Of a DNA stretch of 64,000 bases, positions 37,278-46,977 are shown one piece after another (within the stretch, counting starts at the first letter, position 1; the number at the start of each line of letters is the position of its first letter). The DNA is taken from the NCBI RefSeq assembly GCF_025526975.1, contig NW_026515686.1, forward strand, positions 372,001 through 436,000, in the 5' to 3' direction. Position numbers and translations under genes: made by a program. The notes beneath the pieces were generated by a model that was given only the letters and a program-made list of their open reading frames with translations, ran no database searches and was not told where the DNA came from. Origin of the DNA: Fimicolochytrium jonesii (Eukaryota).

Positions 37278-38717
37278 TCACTCGTCCCATACCCAGGTTG
37301 CATTCGCGAGGCCGGCTGCATCCAGACCGCGTCGAAGCACAAAGCCGGGTGGGACAGGCGCATTGCCTCGGATGATACGAATGCGAAACGTGAACTCACT
37401 CGTAGCAGTCACCTCTATAGACCACACCACGTTGCCTGCCGGGATCCTGTTGCGCACAAGCACCTCCGACAGCGATGTAGAGAACGAGATGGCCTTCTCA
37501 CACGGACCACTTGCAGTCTGGTGGATGGAGGGCACGGTGTTGATGTCGGTCAGGTCGGTGATGTCCAGCCCATCTCTGGTGAACAGAATGGTGTAACGGG
37601 GGATTGGGTTGTAGCTTGGGTTCAGCCCGTCCACATTAGTACTCTCCAGCAGAAATGCATCGAGTGCGGCCGCCACACTCCACTCCAAGGCCAGATTCAG
37701 ATCGGTTGTTGACGAGATGTATGGCGTGTTGTCTGCATCCGTCGTAGTGTGGAGGACAGTGCTGGCTGTACCGGAGGGGCACGACAGATGGTTCCCTGCA
37801 AGCCGTTACCTTCATCGAACCGATTCCGAGCACGGGGGTCTTGATTCCCGGTATTCTTGTTGCCCAGCCTTGGATCAACCCGTGCGCTTAGATATGTTTT
37901 AGTTGCATCTGCGTTCAGCGCCCGCGCTAGTAGCGTGTTCTGTCTCATGGGGAACGGTTGCATGTACCTGTTGGCTTGGTACAGCCCCGGAATGGGTGTG
38001 AAGGGTAGTAACGGCCGTTGGATGCTTACACTTAGGGGCACCGCGAATGGGCTATCAGTGGGTATCATGGCTTGAGGCACGAACGTTATGTGGTTGGGCG
38101 AAGACGACAGCGCGGTGAACAACGGCTGAGGCCCTCTGCTGTAGAACGCCGGGTTCGTCGAGGCGTAGCACAGGTCTCCGGGGCGAAATATGCGGCGCTG
38201 TCGCCATGTACGGAAGAACTCTCTAAACACCTGGTTCAGCGTGGGTGGAGAGCGCTTTGAGACCGCCACTTGTGCGCCGATGATATGTCTGCGATGGGCT
38301 CATCTCGTCGAGCCACTGGGACGGAGAATCCAGTGTTGTCGCACCCATTGAGTTCTTCTCTCTGTATGACACAGGTGCTACTACCAGTCGCGCATGCAGA
38401 CGGCTGCGGGAGTGTATGCGAGTTGATGCCAGACGTGGGCAGACAGACAACCAGTTTGATAGGATTATGACAGGATAGGTCTAGCTGTCAATCTGAGCGA
38501 GGGCAGGCAAACTCAACCATGGGCAAAGTAAAGCATGTGAAGTCTCCCGCTCGTTGATCTTGAGGAACCTTCCGGCCGCATGCTCACAAGGCGTGCCGCA
38601 CTGGAAAGTCCCGAGACGAAGGCGCTGCAAATATCGCGCATTTGAACGTGAGGGAAGGGGTAAAAGCGAGGGGTGCTCGAATGTATTGAACGCACGGCAT
38701 TTTATGACATGATACAA
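37278..38717 (-). pseudogene. Degenerate intronless orphan coding region, candidate viral origin
   Basis: Consecutive minus-strand frames 38717-38481 (TAG read-through into 38450-38223), 38269-37697 and 37688-37278 tile the interval; ends WVWDE*, then a hairpin and A-rich tract. Confidence 0.4.
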
Positions 38718-38879
38718 GCTATGGTAGGCTATCGCTAGACTCCAGCTTCCATCTCATGCGTTTCGTGACAGGATGCGCATGCTCAGCTAAATCCTTGGGC
38801 AAAAAAAAACGGAATATCAGCCATCACACCAAAGCAAACAACCCCAACCCCCCCTCCACAGCTCATCCCCTCACCTCCC

Positions 38880-39083
38880 CTAACAATCAATCCCACCCTC
38901 ACAGTCCCCCCTATTATCACAGCAGATCCGGCAATGTCCCCCCGCGTTCCAGCAGTGGTAGCCCCGCGGATCGATGTGCGTGTCCTTGGCCAACGGGAAG
39001 GTCTTGAGGTCGTCGACGGGCGCGGCGGCGGCGAGGTGCAGGGTCGCGAGGAGGGCGAGGAGGAAGGTGGGGGTGAGTTTCAT
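38880..39083 (-). CDS. Small secreted cysteine-rich peptide (67 aa)
   Basis: MKLTPTFLLALLATLHLAAAAP signal peptide; six Cys in HCWNAGGHCRICCDNRGDCEGGIDC; host-like C-rich codon usage. Confidence 0.75.
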   Translation of the reverse strand: MKLTPTFLLALLATLHLAAAAPVDDLKTFPLAKDTHIDPRGYHCWNAGGHCRICCDNRGDCEGGIDC

Positions 39084-40988
39084 GGTTGCGTCGTGCTGAG
39101 CGAGACGGTGGGGCGGGAGATGATGAGGGGGAGGTGGAGGCAATCCGCCTCGCTCTTAAATCATTTCGCGAAGGGTTCTGAGAGCGGTTGATGACGGCCC
39201 CACGACCTGCCAGCGATGCTACGGACGCAGGAAGCAAACTCGCCGGCATGGACCTAAAGAACCGCACAGAAACGCAGATAACATGCTGTACATAAACGGG
39301 CGGCGGCCTCGATCGAGAGCGGTTCGCCGCCGTCAGTGATCGCAAAGGTGTTCGGCTGCCATTGCGATCATGGGCGTCGAGGAAGGGCTAACAATCAGCG
39401 GCGGATGTTGGGGTCCTGTTGTAGCTTTGATGACGATGGACAAGCTTGCAGGAAAAGCAGTCATGTCTAGTCTCGCATAAGATGTTGTAGAGAGTGATGT
39501 GCTGTGCGATGTACACTGCATTGCCCTACAGTTTGATGGACTTCGGCGCCCCTCGTCCGTGGCGTGTGATCGGGGCCGAGGTGTACTACATTCCCAAGGA
39601 CTTCCAATGTCTTCCATAGACTCGCATTGTTCATCGCTGTACCGTCTTCTGAGTTCTCATGAGCATGGCTGGACTGGTTGTGCGAAACCTGGCTGTAGGC
39701 CCCAGGCGCCCCTCCACCCTACAGTTGTACGGTAGGTCGCCCGGCAAGCGGAGTTTGTCCGATCACCAACGGCCAACAGTGTTCGACGCGTAACGGTCGC
39801 GAGTGTCTAGCCAACTTTGACATTGAACGGCGTCCGCCACACATGGAGAGGAGATCAAAACTCCAAAAGCAGAAAAGACTCCGTTGGCTCCGATTGTTAT
39901 CGCCCCGGCCTGGTCGGCTTTAGCCGCGAAAAGGTTGAAGCCTTGAACGGAAAGGACGCGTTGGAACTTGGAAGAGTTGGCTATCAAAATTCTGATACTC
40001 CGACCGTCCGACGGTAATAAGTTCCCCTACCGGTAAATTGCATATGCACAACGAGTGAAAGCGTACAGTACATCGTGTCTTGTACAGCGATGGTAGGAAG
40101 CAATGCTTCCCCTGACTCGCCAGTCGTACATCCAAGCTAGTGCCATCCACTGTCGTGAAAATGTGATACCAATGGGCGATGCTCCCGTTCGCTGAATACA
40201 GATAAGCCATCATCCGGCTGTATTTACCGGCCAGACGTCACTGACATACACATGATTTCGAACTCCAACAGAAACACCGCCGCCACAATGAACACCGCAT
40301 CTGACTAATCCCCAGTCAAGCCCACACGAACCCCAATGCATCACCAATGTGACGGTCAACGCGAAAGGCTTTGAGCCGTTGTCATCTAAGACCGATCAAC
40401 GCGTTATTATCTGATCTACGGTATGTGACGAAGGTTTAACTTCATAATGCATATGGGAAGGAGGTACGCCGTGCCGCATGGACGTCCGCAATGACAGAGC
40501 TCGCTGTACACTGAATAAGGGCTGGCGAGTCGTCCGTCCCAGCTGCGGGAGTGCGGTCGCACGCGATGGTCATCACACACCGTTGATTGAGCCGCCGCCC
40601 GCCAGTGCTTCCAAGGTTGAGTATATTGGCGAAATATGACCATCCCAAGTGTCAAGCTTTGATCCCCAGCCGTTGTTCGTGTTTGCGAATGTCCCCGGGG
40701 AAGTTTTGCAATTCATTGACGCCTGGTACAGGAGGCCGCTGCACATGATCGGTTCTATGGACGTTACCTGATGGACGCTGGTGTCGGTAGCATACCCGCG
40801 TCTTTTCGAAGTAGCAGAAGCAATCCCCCATGATAGATTCCCTTCCCCTCTCGAGCATCTTTCACGTTGTTGTTGTACCCCGTGCAGCATAGCTTCATCT
40901 TAGTGCGAAAGTCGCTATCTCCCAATCTTGCCAACTGCCCTGTTCTTCCTCTCTTGGTCCACAGGTTGCTTTCGCCGTTGGACCAAAT

Positions 40989-42257
40989 TCAAAGCCCATT
41001 GCCTATCGCCCCATGGTCCTCCCCCGGGGCATCCGTCGAGTAGCAACTATAACCAAAGGGCATATCGGGGAACGCAGGCTGTGGTATTGGGGCTTGAATC
41101 CCCGTCCGCAACGATAGGCGAGGGCGAAGAGACTTGCCCAAACCGAAGTCTCCCCAATGTGTGCATGCGAAGCCCTTTCCCCAGGGGACGGCGACGCGGC
41201 GGACGTGGTCGAACTTGTTGCTTTCAATTGCTCGTGCTTCATACATATGGATGCTCTCCTCGTACCAGGTGTCAGCGAGAGCTGATCCCGCCAACGGCTC
41301 CCAGAACATAATCTCTAGCTTGCCTCCCCCATTGTAAGCTGTCCGTGACTGCCTCCACCTGTCTTCCGCCTCCCCCATCGACCCACTCGGTTGTGGCGGA
41401 GCATATCGAAGCAGACGTGCTGGATTCCGATTGGTCCAGAGTGGGAGCATCATTGGGTATGCCCCAAATGCTACTTCAAGGGTGCAGATGGTATTTGGGA
41501 GGTAGGTTACTAGGAGTACGCGCTCAGTGTCGACCGTGCCGTCGTATTGCAAACGGAGGTGGGTAACGGTAGCAGGTAGGTCGTACCATAGGAAGGCGGA
41601 GGGAATGTTATTATCACCCGCTACCGATAGTGTCCGCAAGCGAGGGAAGGCGTTGGGGATTCTCCGCAGCCCGAATCCACAAACTTCAAAAGATGTTGCT
41701 TCGAGGCAATACATCCAGCAGATTGATTCAGCCAAGGGTTCGATTCCGGGATAGTAATCGATATGCAAGGGGCTTTTCTCAAAGAATAGTCGCCCATGTT
41801 CATATCCAAAGCATAGATAATCCCAAGTCTCCTCCTCCTCCTCTTCCGAACCCAGGAAAGCCGCAATAACGAACGAGATCACAACGCGCTCTGGGTGCGC
41901 CATTGTGATGATAGAAGTCATTTTTGTGAAGCGGACGTGGTCCCAGTCAGGATCCGGCATGCCCTCGCTCCGTGGTGGAGAAAATGACTCCAACTCATAG
42001 TCCTTCACCCATCGCAGGCGTTCGGGATAGGTGTTGAGCGTCGCGAAAAGTGAGTCTAGTTCGTCTTCGTGCGAGATGCGGGTCCGGGAGTAAAGGAGTT
42101 CGATCAACAAGGCATGTCATATCCTGCAGGCGAGAGTCATCGAAAAGCGGCTCTTGTTGTCGGCATATTTGGCGATGAGTGGGATGACCTCCAGCGGCAG
42201 TGACACTGACAGCTCTGAAATAGCGTCGGATCTCAACAGGCTTCCTTCCTTTGACAT
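40989..42257 (-). pseudogene. F-box-like/LRR-like gene with premature stop
   Basis: SLPLEVIPLIAKY...MTLACRI*HALLIELLY: TGA at 42117-42119 where W is usual, in frame with the 373-aa ORF (FPRLRTLSV, LPATVTHLRL, LPNTICTLEV). Confidence 0.65.
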
Positions 42258-43048
42258 AACGTTGTCCGTAGTGCCAACTGGACCCCAAGACCGACCTGAC
42301 CTGCTGTCTCGACTATGGGACGGGAGCGACTGAGCGATGCATCCTAGCAAAACGTGGGGCAAAAGACCCAGACTGCATGGTTTTGACTCACGTTTTCAAG
42401 AGCACCGAGAGAACGCTTTGAGAGGAGGATGAGCTGAGGTCCATCCACGCCGCCGAGACTGCTCTGTATGGCAGAGTAGGTATATATCTGACCGCTGTAT
42501 GTTCTGTGCCCGGGCCGTGCGACGATGCGACAGATTCGCAGAGTTCGCAGGTCGTCTGAAACTTCGCGCACGACTCCCAAGTCATGGTTCCAGTCGTTCC
42601 CCGTGCAAGAGTCAACCTTCCCCAACTCCCACTTCCAAACATCTAGTACAACATCCCCCAATTCCCAACCCCCATCTTGCACCACCACCACCACCCAGCG
42701 CAGCCAGAGAGGTGACTGGCGCTTCTCTCGCTGTCTCCCTTTACTCTCCCTCAGCTCCACACCCCACCACAACGCACAACGCGCTCGCCTTCCATCGTCA
42801 AAAGAGGAGTTTCTCACCCACCTCCCGCCGCATAGTGCAAGGACACCTGCCGTAGACGAGCTGATAAGGTTGGGCTTGACCAAAGGTAACTGCCTTAATG
42901 TGTTTTCGGTCCAATCGGCAGATTCCGCTGCGCGCGTGGACCGGTTCCCAAATCCTCAGTACTCTGATCACCCAGAACTAAACGCACCGTCTTTCCCACG
43001 CAGCATCCGACCTATCCTGTATACCCCTAGACCATACCGAGCACAGAG

Positions 43049-44587
43049 ATGGGCCAACGCGGCCGCCCGCGCGGGTCCAAGAACGGCCCGAACGCCAAAA
43101 AGACCGGCCCCAAGCCCAAGAAACGCAGCGACGACCCTAACGACGACGGGACTGGGGACATGTCCGCAACATCACACAACGGCGAGGGAGCCAGTGACAC
43201 GGGTGCGCTGTCGTCGTTGTTACCGCCAGCGAAGAGATTCAGGACGGGGCTTGGGGATGATGGGGATGCTCACACACACCCGTCTTTTGCGGCCCTCGTG
43301 GGCGGGCTCCATGGGGACGCGCTTGCGGCGCTCACGGCATCATTGAAGGCAAAAGCGGAGGCTGGGTTGAAACCTGATGCGGCAGCGTTGGTGTCGAGTT
43401 TGCTGCTGCGACAACAACGGGCGGGATCGGGGATGGTGGGTTTCGGTGGGTTGGGCGGTATAGGGGTAGCGGGGAGCCCGAGTACGACAGGAGCTGCTGG
43501 CCCAACGACGTCAGACTTCGTGGACCAGCTGTTTGACCGTGTAGCTCGCAAGCGGGCAGCTGAAGCCAACAATCCTGATCCTATCCGGTTCTACGAACTG
43601 TCCGTGGACCCTGGCAAGAGCCTGGCCGTGTTTTCGCCCAACACTTGGAAAACGCGGATGGGAATGCTGCATAAAGGCGTTACGTTCGAGACCGTCCCAT
43701 TGTCCGTCCTCGGCTTCCGCACCGACCTCGCAAAGGAATCAGGGCTCTCCAAAATCACCGCCCCGGCCATCCGACTCCCCAACTCCCACACTTCCGGGAA
43801 CGCCGTCGCAAACGACGCCAGCAACCCAGCAGCACGCACCACCTTCCTCTACGACTCCTTCCGCATCGCCGAATGGCTCGACACCGCCTACCCGGACGCA
43901 CCATCTCTCTTCACCGGCGACGGGAAGCCCACCCGCGGCGCCCACCAACCGCACATCACCACCGGCAAAGCCTTTGCGCGCCTAATCGACCTCGGCCTCG
44001 GCGCCTCAGACCCGCAATGGGCCGTCTGGTTCGACCTCTTCTTCCCCGAACTCTACGCCCTGCACTCCGCCTCCTCCGTGCCGGGCCTCCTCGACTACTT
44101 TGCCTCCGACGCCCGCCTCGGTCTCAACGGCGCGCACCGGCTGCTCTCCCTCGACCGCGCCGAACTCACCGCGCGCGCCAAACTCACCGTCCTACCACTC
44201 ATCCAAATCCTCAAAGAACGTCCCGGGGAATACATCCAGGGTAAATGGCCCGGCCAGGCCGACTACGTCGTGTTCGGCCGCTACGCATTCTGCCGCACCC
44301 TTAACAAACAGCTGTGCAGGGAGATCTGGGAAGACCAGGCCCCCGAGCTGGAAGCGTGGGTCGAGCGGCTGTGCAAGGCGTATGGAGGGCACGCGCAGAA
44401 GGTGTTTGAGGCGTATGAGATGCAGGTGGAGCAGCAGCGCGTGGAGGTGGAACAGCAGCAGCAGGGGTTGTTTGATCATCATCATCAGCATCACCCGCAT
44501 CATCAGTTGGGGAGTGAGGAGGTGGGACAGGATCATGAGCAACATCATCAACATCCGCCAGCTGCGGTTGCTGGGATCGGGTCGTGA
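43049..44587 (+). CDS. Glutathione S-transferase-like protein (etherase-related/GSTFuA-like) with N-terminal AT-hook; intronless
   Basis: RGRPRGS at the N-terminus; IRFYEL...FSPNTWKTRMGMLHKGV.FETV, APAI, DSFRIAEWLDTAYPDAPSLF, ADYVVFG. Confidence 0.85.
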   Translation: MGQRGRPRGSKNGPNAKKTGPKPKKRSDDPNDDGTGDMSATSHNGEGASDTGALSSLLPPAKRFRTGLGDDGDAHTHPSFAALVGGLHGDALAALTASLKAKAEAGLKPDAAALVSSLLLRQQRAGSGMVGFGGLGGIGVAGSPSTTGAAGPTTSDFVDQLFDRVARKRAAEANNPDPIRFYELSVDPGKSLAVFSPNTWKTRMGMLHKGVTFETVPLSVLGFRTDLAKESGLSKITAPAIRLPNSHTSGNAVANDASNPAARTTFLYDSFRIAEWLDTAYPDAPSLFTGDGKPTRGAHQPHITTGKAFARLIDLGLGASDPQWAVWFDLFFPELYALHSASSVPGLLDYFASDARLGLNGAHRLLSLDRAELTARAKLTVLPLIQILKERPGEYIQGKWPGQADYVVFGRYAFCRTLNKQLCREIWEDQAPELEAWVERLCKAYGGHAQKVFEAYEMQVEQQRVEVEQQQQGLFDHHHQHHPHHQLGSEEVGQDHEQHHQHPPAAVAGIGS

Positions 44588-45177
44588 GATGACGGTTGCG
44601 GTAGCGGTGATACGTTATGAGACTGGGATCTGGCGGTGGGGAGTAGAACGGGATGGTAGGGATGGGGCGCCAAGGGGGGCGCAAAAGGGGAAGGGTTTCC
44701 AGATGAATGTAAATGTTGTGAAAGGAACGGAAACCAATATGAGCTCTCTGCGAAAATATCATATGAGATATGGTAGGGACATGTTCCAGGTAGCAACTTG
44801 GGATGGCGAGTTACGAATCGAATCAAGGTACTTCTTTATGAAAATCCCCTACAAACGTTCTCAGTGCCGATACCGCGTGGGAAGTGCAGCAAATCGTCAC
44901 GGTGGCAGTATGGCTCACGTGGTATTTGTACAGTATTTTATGATGCTATGGGACAAGCAATGGTATAGAAAATTGCAGGAAACTAGGGATCTACGTATGT
45001 ACGCAAAACCGATTACGAGCGGTTTGGCTACATCTACATTGGCACAAGCCATACAGCGATGTGCAGGGAGGGAAAACGGAACTCGGAAATGTCCTCATCT
45101 CCAAAACGCGATCCGCAGTCAGAATACTCAAGCGGAGTTTTCATAGCCTGCTGGTATAAACCCTGAATATGTCGGTA

Positions 45178-45514
45178 CAGTAACTTCTCGTTTATTTCAA
45201 CACCGTTGACCCTTGAAATAAGCGAAAGTTGAAATATCTGAAATCCTCCTCATACTAAGGGTATACAAACAGGTACGCAACTAAAACCTACGCTAAGCTC
45301 GGTGAACAGGCACTCCCTAGGCTAACCCCATAATCTCCAACCCTTCCTCACTAAGAATCTGGCGAGCATCGAACTCTTCAGTGTGCTCAAGCCTCGTGCT
45401 CTCAGTGTTGTCAAAGTCAATGTTACCCGAACCCTAACCCTAACCCTAACCCTCTGACCGTTGAAATAAGCGAAAGTTGAAGTAACCGGAATTGAACTAA
45501 ACGAGAAGTTACTG
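45178..45514. mobile_element. MITE of the Tc1/mariner-pogo superfamily (337 bp)
   Basis: Perfect 17-bp TIR CAGTAACTTCTCGTTTA...TAAACGAGAAGTTACTG flanked by TA on both sides (45176-45177, 45515-45516); internal TTGAAATAAGCGAAAGTTGAA occurs twice. Confidence 0.9.
45426..45453 (+). repeat. Interstitial telomere-type repeat (CCCTAA)n
   Basis: CCCGAA CCCTAA CCCTAA CCCTAA CCCT inside the MITE. Confidence 0.85.
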
Positions 45515-46143
45515 TAATATTCAATGAGCGACATCTCCCAAAACAGGGAAAACTGAACCCTTAGTCAGTAAACCGGGCTGGCACCTCACCAACACTTGGG
45601 ACACTGCCCCTCGCGAACGCAGATCGGGCAGATCCACATATACCCATCTCAGTTGGTTCGCATCGTTGGCAGAAACGATGATAAACGAGTCATGAGAGCG
45701 TGATAAAGCTGTATGCGCCAGCACGCACTTCCTTGTGGTCGCACGCGATGACATTGCAGATGGTTTGAGAAGATTCACAGCGAATGATGAGGTGAATGAA
45801 TTGCCTGGATGTATTTGTTTTTGGTTCCTTGCTGGTCTGTCGTTGCGCTTGTTGTCTCCCACCATGGGGAGGGAGTCTGAACTTGGCGTATCCCGTCAGA
45901 CGCGCTGTCGTATTTTTTCGCGGCAAGACATGGCTTGCGACATCGAGCAGCTACTGTACACCCGAGATGCGATGTAGACAGGAAGGGAGGCCATCCCCGC
46001 TTTTCGAAGGAGCCAATACCGGCCCATTGTTTTCTCAGTATGAAACCAAACATCGCCGCAAACATTCGCTGTCAACGCACCCAAGGCCAACATGAGGCTG
46101 TTTCTGGGACTTATATTGAGACCGAACATGGCGTTCATAAGGA

Positions 46144-46523
46144 TAAGATTGTATTGAAACGAAATGTCGTGTATTATACATGAGTTAATAAGAAGAAGAT
46201 TGTATTGAAATCAAATGTCGTGTATATACGTCAGAGTCTGATACCCCAAAAGTCCGCCAGTCTCTGAAAAAGTTCACTTCGCAGAGTCCACAGAAATGTC
46301 GTATATATACATCAGAGTCGGATACCCCAAAAGTCCGCCAGTCTCTGAAAAAGATCACTTCGCGGAGTCCACAGAAATGTCGTGTATATATATACATCAG
46401 AGTCTGATACCCCAAAAGTCCGCCAGTCTCTGAAAAAGTCCACTTCGCGGAGTCCACAGAAATGTCGTGTATATACATCAGAGTCTGATACCCCGAAAGT
46501 CCGCCAGTCTCTGAAAAAGTTCA
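46144..46523. repeat. 81-bp tandem array (about 3.8 copies) with a short duplicated leader
   Basis: Units start at 46213, 46294, 46375 and 46460 (AAATGTCGTRTATATAC.TCAGAGTC.GATACCCC.AAAGTCCGCCAGTCTCTGAAAAAG...); AAGATTGTATTGAAA..AAATGTCGTGTAT occurs twice upstream. Confidence 0.95.
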
Positions 46524-46918
46524 GTCCGCCAGAGCAACCAGAAAACCAACCAGGCAAGGGACCCTATGGTGTGGTCATGTCGAGATGATCGCTGAGTGCC
46601 TGGCGTTCGGCAGCGTCCGAGACAAGCACTGGATGGCTTTGACGGCCAGACTCATCAGCGTCACTCAAGACGCCAACAGCATTGCCGTGCTGGTGGTGGA
46701 ACCAAGCCGTAAGGATCTACTTCATCTTTCGCGAAACGCAGGAGGGGGTCGGCCTCATCAAGCAGATTCTCTAGCTCTGTCTTGAGGGGTTTCTCTTGTT
46801 TTGCGCGTGATCGGATTGCAGGGCTTGTAATGCGGGCATCGCGGGCGTGCCAGTGCATGGGTCAGCTCGTTTTCATTTCCGCTTGCGTCGCTTGGGGATT
46901 CTTCTATAGCGGCCGATT

Positions 46919-46977
46919 AATTCTTCCTCATGGGACGCTTTGAGAGTCTTCAATTCTTCCTCATGGGACGCTTTGAG
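46919..46977. repeat. 33-bp tandem duplication
   Basis: AATTCTTCCTCATGGGACGCTTTGAG twice; encodes LKASHEEEL on the minus strand. Confidence 0.85.

Noticed and set aside
45426..45453. True telomere or chromosome end
   Set aside because: Only about 4.5 repeats, inside a MITE, with genes on both sides
46213..46523. CRISPR-like array
   Set aside because: Units are near-identical along their whole length with no unique spacers; eukaryotic context and no cas genes
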